From a candidate division WOR-3 bacterium (GTDB lineage: Bacteria > Hydrothermota > Tepidihabitantia > Tepidihabitantales > Tepidihabitantaceae): a stretch of 31,850 bases of DNA. A program made the translations under genes and the position numbers. The notes below the pieces were generated by a model that was not told where the DNA came from, ran no database searches, and saw only the letters and a list, made by a program, of their open reading frames with translations. Each line of letters opens with the position of its first letter. Position 1 is the stretch's first letter. This document shows, in pieces, positions 16,640 through 25,205 of this stretch. Where the stretch lies: positions 1 to 31,850 of the forward strand of contig CBFGIY010000021.1 in NCBI GenBank assembly GCA_965648935.1, given 5' to 3'.

Positions 16640-17263
16640 TCAGTCCTCCTTGCGGATGATTTCCTTCACCCGCATCAGCCGGGTCAGGTCGCCGCGCTCG
16701 GCCTCGGACAGCTTCAGGTTGATAAACTTGACCGTTTCCTCGATGGATGGGATGAGCACATACTCCAGCGCGTTCACCCGGCGCCGGGTCTTCTCCATCT
16801 CGTCGGCGAGCAGCTCCAGCGCCTTCTCTTTCTCGGCGAGGGTGAGCAGCGAGTCCAGGAGCCCGTCGAGCGCGGCCAGCGCGAAGTCGAGCTCGGCCGA
16901 GGTGTGGGCGAAGCCGTAGCAGCGGGTCCGGCCGGAGATTTCCTTGGCGAAGACCGGGACCTTGACGTTCATCACCGTCTGGGTGCGCACCGTGACCGCG
17001 ACCTTCTTCTCGGGCAGCATCACGGCGGCGTCCAGCGCCGCGGGGCCGTAAGCGGCGCGGGCTACGGCGAACCGGCCGAAGATGCGCGCCATCTCGGCCT
17101 CGACCCGCGCGCGGTGGGTGCGGATTTCCGCGACAAGGGCGAGCACCCGGCGCATCAGCTCTTCCTGCTTGTCCTTGAGCAGCTTGTGGCCGCGGCGGGC
17201 AATTGCCAGCCGCTTCCTCAAGCGCATCAGTTGCATCCGGGTCGCGCCGACAGCGAGTCGCAT
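16640..17263 (-). CDS. atpD: V/A-type ATP synthase subunit D
   Basis: TRMQLMRLRKRL..ARRGHKLLKDKQEEL and EMEKTRRRVNALEYVLIP. Start taken as ATG 17263. Confidence 0.93.
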   Translation of the reverse strand: MRLAVGATRMQLMRLRKRLAIARRGHKLLKDKQEELMRRVLALVAEIRTHRARVEAEMARIFGRFAVARAAYGPAALDAAVMLPEKKVAVTVRTQTVMNVKVPVFAKEISGRTRCYGFAHTSAELDFALAALDGLLDSLLTLAEKEKALELLADEMEKTRRRVNALEYVLIPSIEETVKFINLKLSEAERGDLTRLMRVKEIIRKED

Positions 17264-17270
17264 CGTGCCG

Positions 17271-17298
17271 ATTCTACCGGGAGGGGTGGGGCAGTCAA
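17271..17298 (-). promoter_or_regulatory. leaderless promoter of atpD-vanZ-like-hisS
   Basis: On the minus strand: TTGACT-16 bp-TAGAAT-7 nt-ATG. Confidence 0.65.
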
Positions 17299-17374
17299 GG
17301 CGACCGCAGAAAGCGGCCATCCCGCACCGGGTCGGGGGCCGGGCCGCCGGCAGGTGAGAGCCGCGCGGCGGGGC

Positions 17375-17403
17375 TTGCATGAATGTTCGGTTTTGATTAT
17401 GAT
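17375..17403 (+). promoter_or_regulatory. promoter of the flavoprotein operon
   Basis: TTGCAT-17 bp-TATGAT in an AT-rich patch. Confidence 0.5.
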
Positions 17404-17469
17404 GCGCTGACCGGCCCCGGCCGGCCGCGGGGAGACAGCGGTCCCGGCCCGGCGCCGGACACAACACCG

Positions 17470-18189
17470 ATGACCAGGGTTACCGTCTTCTCGTCCTCGC
17501 CCCGCCGCGAACGCGGCGGGACAGGGAAGTTGCTCGGGCCCTTCATAGCCGGCCTGCGCGCGGGCGGGGCCGAGGTCGAGCTGGTCCACCTTTTCGACAA
17601 GACAATCGGGCCGTGCCGGGCGTGCTACAACTGCTGGTTCGAAACGCCGGGCCAGTGCTTCCAGCGCGACGCGATGGACGAACTGCTGCCCCGGTTCGCC
17701 CAGTCCGACACGGTCGTGCTGGCGACCCCGCTCTTTGTCGACGGGATGACCGGCGTGATGAAGAACTTTCTCGACCGCTGCATCCCGCTCATCCAGCCCT
17801 ACTTCGTCCTGCGCTCGGACCACTGCCGCCACGACCTGCGGCCCGGGGTCAAAGCCGGTCACCTCGCGCTGGTGTCGGTCTGCGGATTCACCGAGCTGGA
17901 CAACTTCGACCCGCTTGTCGCCCACGTCCAGGCCGCCTGCCGCAACCTCGGCCGCGACTTCGCCGGGGCGCTGCTGCGGCCCTACGCCGCGTCGCTCGAC
18001 GAACTCGCGCGCCACGGCTTGCCGGTCGCGGACGTGCTCGAGGCCGTGCGCGAGGCCGGGCAGAAACTCGTCGAGCACGGCCACATACCGCGACGCCTGG
18101 TCGAGCGGGTCAGCCGCGAACTGATGCCACGCCAGATATACATCCAGGCGGTCAACGAGAGCTTTCGGCGTCGGCTCGAAAAGCGATGA
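17470..18189 (+). CDS. flavodoxin-fold iron-sulfur flavoprotein / NADPH-dependent FMN reductase family
   Basis: SSPR..GT, CRACYNCW..TPGQC and ATPLFVDGMTGVMKNFLDR. Confidence 0.85.
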   Translation: MTRVTVFSSSPRRERGGTGKLLGPFIAGLRAGGAEVELVHLFDKTIGPCRACYNCWFETPGQCFQRDAMDELLPRFAQSDTVVLATPLFVDGMTGVMKNFLDRCIPLIQPYFVLRSDHCRHDLRPGVKAGHLALVSVCGFTELDNFDPLVAHVQAACRNLGRDFAGALLRPYAASLDELARHGLPVADVLEAVREAGQKLVEHGHIPRRLVERVSRELMPRQIYIQAVNESFRRRLEKR

Positions 18190-19577
18190 AGTCCATCGCC
18201 GCGGTCGCGACCACGCTCTGCCGCCTGCTCGGGGTCGAGCGGCCGGTGATGGCGCGCTCGCCCGCGCTGGGTGAGGTGGTTGACGCAGCGCCGGGCCGGG
18301 TCGAGCGGATGCTCATCTACGCGCCGGACGCGGTCGGCACCTGCATCCTTGCCGCCCATCCCGACCTCCTGTCCCGGCTCGAGGCGGTAGCCCCGCTGCG
18401 GGTCGGGCTCGAGGCGATGCGGCCGGCCAAGACCCCGGTCTGCTTCGCCTCGATGTTCACCGGCGCGCCGCCCGAACTCCACGGCATCCGCAGCTACGAA
18501 AAGCCGGTCCTGCGCGTCGACACCGCGTTCGACGCGCTGGCGCGCGCCGGGCGCAAGGTCGCCATCGTCGCGACGACCGGCTCATCGATGGACCTCATCT
18601 TCCGCAACCGGCCCATCGCCTACTACAGCGAAGACAGCGACGCGCGGGTCACCGAGCGCGCTCTCGCCCTCGTCGCGGCCGACGCGACCGAACTCATCGT
18701 CGCCTACCACCAGGAGTTTGACGACGCGCTGCACCGGGAACACCCCGACTCGGCCGCGGCCCGGGCCGCGCTCGAGCGCCACGTCGCCACCTTCGAGGCC
18801 TTCGCGGCTGCGGCCGACCGGCACTGGTCCGGCCGGGTGCGCTGCCTGTGGTTCGCCCCGGACCACGGTGCGCACTGCAACCCCCAAACCGGCCGCGGCG
18901 ACCACGATGAGGCCGACGACGACCGGCCGGTGACCCACTACATCCGCTTTGCCGCGGCCGCCGCGGCCGCCCGGCCCGGAGACGCGGCCGCCGAAACCGC
19001 CGCGCCCGCTGCCGGCACGCTGCCGGCCGACATCGCGGCCCCGGCCCTGCTCGACGCCATCGGCGAAGTCATCGGGATGCGCGTGCTGGAAATCGGCTGC
19101 GGAGACGGCTACTTCTCGCGCCAGCTCGCGATGCGCGGGGCTTGGGTCACGGCCATCGACGCTTCGGAAAAGCTTGTCGCGGCCGCGCTCAAAACTGAAA
19201 CCGAGAAACCTATCGGCATCGAGTACCACACCCTCGACCCGCAGGCCATCGTCGGCAACTGGGGGCCGGACAGCTTCGACCTCGTCGTGTCCTGTAACAC
19301 GATCGCCGACCTACCCCGGCCCGAAGCGGCCCTGCGCTCGGCCGCACGCACCCTGGGCAAAGAAGGCCGGCTCGTGGTTACTGTGCCCCTGCCGCCGGCG
19401 GGAGTGCGCACGGCCGAGCAGTGGGTCAAACTCATCGAGTCGTCAGGCTTCGGCGTGCGCCGGGTGAACGAGCGCTGGGCCGGCGAGGCGCCCGACCCCA
19501 ACTCGCCCGCGGCCCGCCCGGCCGACTACCTCGTCATCGACGCCGCGCCGACCCTTGCTCCTCGCCGCCCCGCCTAG
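18186..19577 (+). CDS. alkaline-phosphatase-superfamily domain fused to a class I SAM-dependent methyltransferase
   Basis: YAPDAVG, KTPVCFASMFTG, FDDALH and APDHG, then an Ala-rich linker, then VLEIGCGDG, AIDAS and SFDLVV. The ATG overlaps the upstream stop (ATGA). Confidence 0.75.
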   Translation: MKSIAAVATTLCRLLGVERPVMARSPALGEVVDAAPGRVERMLIYAPDAVGTCILAAHPDLLSRLEAVAPLRVGLEAMRPAKTPVCFASMFTGAPPELHGIRSYEKPVLRVDTAFDALARAGRKVAIVATTGSSMDLIFRNRPIAYYSEDSDARVTERALALVAADATELIVAYHQEFDDALHREHPDSAAARAALERHVATFEAFAAAADRHWSGRVRCLWFAPDHGAHCNPQTGRGDHDEADDDRPVTHYIRFAAAAAAARPGDAAAETAAPAAGTLPADIAAPALLDAIGEVIGMRVLEIGCGDGYFSRQLAMRGAWVTAIDASEKLVAAALKTETEKPIGIEYHTLDPQAIVGNWGPDSFDLVVSCNTIADLPRPEAALRSAARTLGKEGRLVVTVPLPPAGVRTAEQWVKLIESSGFGVRRVNERWAGEAPDPNSPAARPADYLVIDAAPTLAPRRPA

Positions 19578-19601
19578 TCTTCTTCCCTGGTCGCGGTTCT
19601 G

Positions 19602-19650
19602 TCTGCACTCTGCCTGCTGCGCTCTTCCCTCGTCCTGCCGACCTCTGATA
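19602..19650 (-). repeat. degenerate 7-mer array
   Basis: TCTGCAC TCTGCCT GCTGCGC TCTTCCC TCGTCCT... The first units are reverse complements of the units at 6605-6625. Confidence 0.5.
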
Positions 19651-19800
19651 TTGGTTCTGTGACACATCGCGGCTGACGTCGCGGCCGCCCGGCTATGGGG
19701 CGCGAAGCGCAGGTCGTAGACCTGTCTTCGCTCTGCCCTGCGGGTCCCGGCCTCTGCCCGAGCCGGCGCGGACTCAAGCCCCGGTTCGATGACAGGCCGG

Positions 19801-20076
19801 GGCGCCGCGACCGGCGGCGGGAACTGCGCCGAGACACGGACAGGAAGTTGCGTGGATGGAGGGAACGCGACGGGGTCAGATACAAAGTTCGGTCAAGGCG
19901 CAAGGACAAGCCGGGCGAATCGGGCCGATGGTCGGGTCGGGAGCCACAAACGAAGTCGGTCCGGGCTTCGGGCAGAGACTTGTCCAGATGGTTGGGCACT
20001 CAGTTGCGGGGCAAGAAGTCCTGCTTGTCGCGCCGGAAAGAGCTGCGAAGGAAACCGTGGGGGAGGCGGGGGAGTC
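19801..20076 (+). repeat. highly degenerate 12-nt-period tandem array (23 units)
   Basis: Phased from 19801, column 2 is G in 20/23 units and column 7 is G in 20/23 units. Confidence 0.65.
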
Positions 20077-20151
20077 CAAAACGGCCTCGGCCCATTCTGG
20101 CCGGCAACATCTCCCCCGCACTGAGGTTACGCGGTCAGACGACTTTGCCGC

Positions 20152-20173
20152 CACTATAACCATGGTTATAGTG
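20152..20173. promoter_or_regulatory. perfect 22-bp palindrome (protein-binding or recombination site candidate)
   Basis: CACTATAACCATGGTTATAGTG is its own reverse complement. Confidence 0.55.
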
Positions 20174-20227
20174 ATGCTGGAAATGGCCAAGTGCGACGGG
20201 CCAACGCCGACGCCGGCCCTCAAGCTG

Positions 20228-20251
20228 GGCGGCGGGATTGCTCCCGCCGCC
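20228..20251 (-). terminator. GC-rich hairpin after the propeller gene
   Basis: 10-bp stem GGCGGCGGGA/TCCCGCCGCC with a GCAA loop on the minus strand, about 22 nt after the stop. No U-tract. Confidence 0.5.
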
Positions 20252-20273
20252 ACACTGTGAAGTTGTTGTCCTG

Positions 20274-21731
20274 CTACTCGATTACCAGCTTGCGCGTCAG
20301 CTCTGCGCCGCCCGTTATCCTGGCAAGGTACACCCCGGGCGGCAGGGCACGCAGTTCGATACTACCACTTCTACCGCTGAGGACAGCTGTCCGCACGCAT
20401 CGACCCGCCGCGTCGTAGACCGCCAGACGGAACGCAGCCGAAGGCAACCCGGACCAGCGGACCGCCGCCGTGCCGCGCGATGGCGTCTGGGCGGCCAGCA
20501 GCGAACGAGACGCTTCGCGTTCCAGCCCCTGCTCACCGGTCTGCGCGGGCCGAGGGATGCGTGTCGCTTTCGGCGTGCCGGGCGCGTACCGCCAGAGTTC
20601 CAGCGTCTTGTTGCCTTTGAGCGCGTACACGGCACTGCCGTCCGAGGCCAGATCAGCACCTGCCTTCGCCCGCTTCTTCTTGGCCGTGTAGCCGAACTGC
20701 GGCAACGTTTCGGCCTCGGCCCAGCCCAGCGTGGAAAGGCTCAGACTGTAGAAGTCCTGCGTGTTGCCGCCCTTGAGAGCGTAAAGGTAGTCGCCCAGCA
20801 CCGCGCCCGACCCGCCGTCCTTGCTCTTCTTGCTCCTGCCGGTCTGGGCGCAGAGCACGGGCATCCCGGCCGGTGCTTGGTTCCAGGCCTGCGCTGCCAG
20901 GTCGTAGAGATGGAGTTCGTGGTACTTGGCCTTGTGGGCCAGGAGCCGGCCGCGTGCCTCGTCCAGCACCAGCCAGGAACCCTTGTCCCACTTCGGCCGC
21001 ACCCCGGCCGGCGCATCGGCAAGCTGGCACCACGTCCCCAAGGCTGTGTTGTAGCGATGGAACTCCGCCTTGTAGCCCTTCAGCAGGTAGATGTACTGGC
21101 TGTCGCCTGCGTCGACGTATGCGAGGTCGGTCCCGCCCTTGACCTTCTTGTTCGATGGCCCCAGCGGCACGTCGGCAAGCTGTTGCCACGCGTCGGCGCC
21201 GGCATCGTAGCGCCAGAACCCGGTCGTGTTGTTGCCCTTGGTCGTGTACACCACGCCGTTGCCCGTGGCGCACCCGGCCGCACCCTTACCCGGCGGCTTC
21301 GCCTCGATGCCCAGCGGCCAGTCGGCCGCCTGGCTCCAGCCGCTGCCCGGCTCGAAGGAGTAGAAGTCGCCGGTCTTGTAGCCCTTGGCCGCGTAGAAGC
21401 GGCCGCGGCCCGCGTCCCACACCAGCCAGCCGCCGTCCTTCACGGCCCGGCCCGACGGCATCAGGGGCATCGGTGACTGCTCGACCCAGCCGCCCTGCGG
21501 CGGCGGCGGCTCCTCGATGCAGAAGCCGTACCAGAACCCCCAGCCGCCGACAAACGAAGCCGATGCGCCCGGCCCCTGCACTGCCTGCCCGGCCGTGCCG
21601 TTAAGCCGGTAACTCGCGCTTGCGCCCGGTGCCCCGCCCGGCCCGGCCGCGCTCTTGACCAGCACGGTCTGGCCGAACGCCCCGCCGACCAGCGTGAGCA
21701 ACCCGGCCAGGCCCGCTATTCGGCTAACCAC
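20274..21731 (-). CDS. secreted Kelch-like beta-propeller protein with a C-terminal T9SS-type-A-like sorting domain
   Basis: Signal peptide. Five repeats of YxxKG(Y/N/G)xTxxFxxY...W. C-terminus LAVYDAAGRCVR...LPPGVYLAR...TRKLVIE. Confidence 0.8.
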   Translation of the reverse strand: MVSRIAGLAGLLTLVGGAFGQTVLVKSAAGPGGAPGASASYRLNGTAGQAVQGPGASASFVGGWGFWYGFCIEEPPPPQGGWVEQSPMPLMPSGRAVKDGGWLVWDAGRGRFYAAKGYKTGDFYSFEPGSGWSQAADWPLGIEAKPPGKGAAGCATGNGVVYTTKGNNTTGFWRYDAGADAWQQLADVPLGPSNKKVKGGTDLAYVDAGDSQYIYLLKGYKAEFHRYNTALGTWCQLADAPAGVRPKWDKGSWLVLDEARGRLLAHKAKYHELHLYDLAAQAWNQAPAGMPVLCAQTGRSKKSKDGGSGAVLGDYLYALKGGNTQDFYSLSLSTLGWAEAETLPQFGYTAKKKRAKAGADLASDGSAVYALKGNKTLELWRYAPGTPKATRIPRPAQTGEQGLEREASRSLLAAQTPSRGTAAVRWSGLPSAAFRLAVYDAAGRCVRTAVLSGRSGSIELRALPPGVYLARITGGAELTRKLVIE

Positions 21732-21734
21732 GGC

Positions 21735-23876
21735 CTACTCCCCGAACCGGGCCGACCGCAGCATCTGCTCGTAGCGCGCGCGCCCGGCCGCGGTGCGGAA
21801 GTCGATGCCCTGGGCCTTGCCCTCGCGCACGAGCTGCTCCATACAGCCGGAGAGGAATTCGTCGTCGAGCATTCGCCCGGCGAGTGCGCCGGTCTTGACC
21901 TGCTCCACCGGCATCATCCGCCGTGTCGCCTCGGCCGACACGTCCTCACGCTCACCCGTGGCAATCCAGTTGACCTTGATGCCGGGCTTGCCGCCGACCG
22001 CAAACCGGTTGCCCGATACCTCCTCGACCAGGTACACGTCCGAACTGCCGATGCCGGTGAGCACAACCTGCGGGTTGCGGTTGAGCGCATCGAAATAGTC
22101 GGGCAACCCGACCACCGCTCTGCCCGCGGCATCGAGCACCACGCTGCCCCGGTAGATGTTCAGCATCTCCGGGCCCTCGATGAAGTAGTGATTGAGAATC
22201 TTACCCTGCGGGTCAAGCGGGTGGTCGATGGTGAACGTGCCGGACGCCTTGGACAACGTGCCCACTCGAGTCTGGTTCGACGCGGTCGCGGTCTGGCCGT
22301 TGAACGCCGCGGAGTTGTCGTAGCCGGTGGGCACGACCGAACGGTTGTTGGTGGCGAAGCTGTACATTGCCGCAGCAGTGTCATACTGGCCGCCCGGAAC
22401 TGTGGCATACTGCCCCAGCGCGTTGTTCGAGTGCCCGCCGCCGACCGTCGAGTGCTGTTGAGACGCCTGATTGTAGCCGCCCCCCGCGACCGTCGCGTAG
22501 TCGGCCAGGACGCGGCCGTATGACCCTCCGCCAATCGTGCCGTAACGACCGCGGGCGAAGTTGTCCCGACCGCCCCCGATGGCGGCATGGGACGACTCGG
22601 CCCGGTTCCTTGCGCCGCCGCTCACAGCAGAATACTCCCCAGATGCTATATTCCAGTTTCCACCAGCGACTGCCGCGTAGTTGGCCGAAGCCGTATCATA
22701 GGCACCGCCGCCGACCGTGGCGTTCGAGCCGGACGCGGAGTTGCCGTATCCGCCCGAGACAGTGGACTGCGTGGCGATGGCTTGATTCATACCTCCACCG
22801 CAGACCGTGGCGAACTGCGCGCTGGCGACGTTGCCACTCCCGCCGCCAATCGTCGGCGCGTTCGGCCCAGACGCCAGATTGCCCGCTCCTCCCGCTATTG
22901 TCCCACCCCACGCGGTGACGCGGTTGTAGACCCCGCCGCCGACTGCTGAATACACCTGCGATGCGACGTTCTGCCCTCCCCCAGCGACCGTTGCGTATCC
23001 GTAGTTCTGCCCACTGGTCCCGGTCGTGCAGGCCACGCCGAGATTGGTATGTGTGATGCGCTGGTTGCCATAGAGCATGTTGTTGGCTCCGCCGCGTGCT
23101 ATGCCAAGCTGACGGATTGTGAATAGCACGCTGTCGTTTGGAGACGCCAAGCGCATCCAGGCGTTGTCGCCGGTTCCGCCGACATCATCAGTGCCGGGTG
23201 CCCAGCTCGTACCGTTCCACTCTAGCACTTGGCCATTCGACGGTAACGTCGCGGCAACCGGACGCGTCTGAAGTCGAGCGACAGTCGGGTTCGGGTAGTT
23301 GCCCGACAGGTCACCGCCCATCGCCGTCGCCAGCGTCAGGTTCGGCGTCTGCCCGCCCGATGAAGCCAGCGGGCTCGACGCGGTCACCGACTGGACGTAG
23401 TTGTGCGTGTGTCCGGCCAGCGCGTAGCCGCTCGGCCCGATTCCACCGAGCTGCTCGGCGTCGGCCGCGAGACTGGCGTTGTAGCTGTACGGTACGCTCA
23501 CCAGCCGCACCCGCGGGCTGATGACTTCGGTCCCGACCGTCACCTGCAGGTACAACTCCGGCCCGTCCGGCACCGTGCCGACCGGCGTGACACTGCCGAG
23601 CATCACGTTGAACACCCCTTCGGTCACGGGGACCCCCGATTGCGTCTCGCTCCAGAACGCCGTTCCGCCTGACGCAGAGGCATACAACTCAAATGCCATC
23701 CCGTAGCTGCCGTTGAGCGGCGTGCCGCTCGCATCGGTCAAGTAGCCCTGGTAGTTGATGAGTCGCGGAATGCTGACAGCGTCGGCACCCGGGCCGTCAG
23801 TAGTCGGTGACTTGGTATCGGCCGCGCCGGCAACGGCCGCCGCGAGCGCCATCACGAGCCACAGTTGTCTGTTCAT
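21735..23876 (-). CDS. secreted fibre/adhesin-like protein with Gly-rich 14-aa repeats and a tail-fibre chaperone-like C-terminus
   Basis: Signal peptide MNRQLWLVMALAAAVAGAA with RBS GGAGG. INYQGYLTD domain, many TVxGGxxNxAxxxxA repeats, and FTIDHPLDPQGKILNH...VGLPDYF. Confidence 0.8.
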   Translation of the reverse strand: MNRQLWLVMALAAAVAGAADTKSPTTDGPGADAVSIPRLINYQGYLTDASGTPLNGSYGMAFELYASASGGTAFWSETQSGVPVTEGVFNVMLGSVTPVGTVPDGPELYLQVTVGTEVISPRVRLVSVPYSYNASLAADAEQLGGIGPSGYALAGHTHNYVQSVTASSPLASSGGQTPNLTLATAMGGDLSGNYPNPTVARLQTRPVAATLPSNGQVLEWNGTSWAPGTDDVGGTGDNAWMRLASPNDSVLFTIRQLGIARGGANNMLYGNQRITHTNLGVACTTGTSGQNYGYATVAGGGQNVASQVYSAVGGGVYNRVTAWGGTIAGGAGNLASGPNAPTIGGGSGNVASAQFATVCGGGMNQAIATQSTVSGGYGNSASGSNATVGGGAYDTASANYAAVAGGNWNIASGEYSAVSGGARNRAESSHAAIGGGRDNFARGRYGTIGGGSYGRVLADYATVAGGGYNQASQQHSTVGGGHSNNALGQYATVPGGQYDTAAAMYSFATNNRSVVPTGYDNSAAFNGQTATASNQTRVGTLSKASGTFTIDHPLDPQGKILNHYFIEGPEMLNIYRGSVVLDAAGRAVVGLPDYFDALNRNPQVVLTGIGSSDVYLVEEVSGNRFAVGGKPGIKVNWIATGEREDVSAEATRRMMPVEQVKTGALAGRMLDDEFLSGCMEQLVREGKAQGIDFRTAAGRARYEQMLRSARFGE

Positions 23877-23978
23877 TTTGCCTCCCGGTCCAGCGTTCCC
23901 GCACGGCGGCAGGGCTATCTCCATCTACCCGCGCCGCCCCACGGCGCAGGCGTCCCGTCAAGCCGGGCAAGTCAACAC

Positions 23979-24006
23979 AGCGTAGTCCCCCGCCCGCTCC
24001 TGTCAA
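23979..24006 (-). promoter_or_regulatory. candidate promoter of the fibre/propeller operon
   Basis: On the minus strand: TTGACA-16 bp-TACGCT. Confidence 0.45.
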
Positions 24007-24182
24007 CGGAAGGACCGAACCCGGCCGGACACCGATTGCACCACCACGTTGTCAATGTGCTGGGGGCATTCGGCGCTGCGCTTCGCGTCCAAGCACGCGG
24101 GGTGTCGTTGACCGGGCCGGGTGCGGTCTTATACTGCGTCGAGCGGCTTCTTCAGGGCGGCTTCGCGTGGCTCGGGCCAGGT

Positions 24183-24719
24183 TTGTTTGGAATCTGGCTC
24201 ACGCTGCGGCTCTGGTCGGTGCAGGGCAGAGTGTGGCTGCTGCCGCGGGCGCTGCGGCCGCAGGAGTGGCTGGCCGTCGCCGCCGGTTTCGGGCTGCTCG
24301 TCTTCCAGCTCTACCGGGCCTGGCGCCGCCGTGCCGTGCCGCGCCCGGTCACCGACAGCGTTCTCGTACCGTTTGTCCGCTTCTGGCACGGCTGGCGCGA
24401 GACGCGCGTCACCGAGTACTCGGTCCGGCTGGAAGGCCTCGACTGGACAATCCGCGTCAATCCCGCTGACCGGCCGCTGCCCGAGCCGGGCCCGCCCGAC
24501 TTCACGCTCGACCCGGTGCCGCGCTGCCCGGAGTGCGGCCTTGCGGTCACGGAACAGCTGATGGGCCGGACCTGGCTCCGCTCCTGCGCCTCGGCCGCCT
24601 GCAACTGGCGCGAGCTTAGCCGTGAGCCGCGTTGGCGCACCGTGGCGTTTGTCACCCGCGCTGCCCGCGCTGCCTGGCTCGCTTCCCGGCCCCGGCCGGA
24701 CCGGGCACGCGGCAGGTAG
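24183..24719 (+). CDS. hypothetical membrane protein with a C-terminal Zn ribbon (start uncertain: GTG 24102, TTG 24183 or GTG 24231)
   Basis: Hydrophobic segments followed by CPECG...CASAAC. TTGACC-16-TATACT at 24108-24135. Confidence 0.55.
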   Translation: MFGIWLTLRLWSVQGRVWLLPRALRPQEWLAVAAGFGLLVFQLYRAWRRRAVPRPVTDSVLVPFVRFWHGWRETRVTEYSVRLEGLDWTIRVNPADRPLPEPGPPDFTLDPVPRCPECGLAVTEQLMGRTWLRSCASAACNWRELSREPRWRTVAFVTRAARAAWLASRPRPDRARGR

Positions 24720-24724
24720 CCAGC

Positions 24725-24873
24725 CAAACAATCAGGTCGCCGCAGACCGGGCTGACATCGGCGGGGACTCTGTCGATGACCACGAGCCGGCCGTGATAAC
24801 GCACGGCGTGCGTTACCAGCCGGGACACATACTCGCAGTGCCGACCGTGTCCTGCAGCGTGCTGTTCAGACAC
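24725..24873 (-). pseudogene. degenerate YgiT/MqsA-type zinc-finger protein remnant
   Basis: VTHAVRYHGRLVVIDRVPADVSPVCGD resembles the YgiT motif (G.LI.I.NVPA.VC..CGE), but both CxxC pairs have lost a Cys and there is no proper C-terminus. Confidence 0.5.
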
Positions 24874-24981
24874 GCAGACGTTGTGGCCCGGACTACCGCA
24901 AGAGTCAAGCGCGTGCAAGGCTGCGGCGAGGAGAGGTCTCCCCGCCGCAATCTGTCTGGGTCTCTTCCGTGCCCCTGCCCC

Positions 24982-25125
24982 GGCACTTCGCGCGGATCTT
25001 CAGGCGGTGCTTTCCGTCGTACCGCAACCGAGACTTCCTCCGATACTGCTGACGGACCTCTCCCGCGTACCTCGCGCCGTCCCCCTGCCCGACTCTCCCG
25101 GTGCACTCACCGAGGCCTATTCCCG
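24982..25125 (-). repeat. second degenerate 12-nt-period array, inverted relative to 19801-20076
   Basis: Units ggcacttcgcgc, ggatcttcaggc, ggtgctttccgt, cgtaccgcaacc, gagacttcctcc... Column 5 is C in 10/12 units. Confidence 0.55.
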
Positions 25126-25205
25126 ACCACAACCTGCTGACCTGCCGTCTGTTATCCACGCGGCTCCGCTCGAGGTCCAGTCCTTGCCTTCGCGGCCATC
25201 ACCCG

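Noticed and set aside
17613..18185. N-terminal extension of the 654-aa ORF, and similar extensions at 3825, 9205, 16384, 17467 and 23865
   Set aside because: These overlap real genes or promoters and translate as Arg/Pro-rich shadow sequence. Starts were moved downstream.
19801..20076. CRISPR array
   Set aside because: There are no identical repeats with unique spacers and no cas genes. The periodicity is 12 nt and degenerate.
19574..20260. ORFs of 111-154 aa on both strands
   Set aside because: No RBS or recognisable motif. They are explained as read-outs of the 12-nt periodic array.
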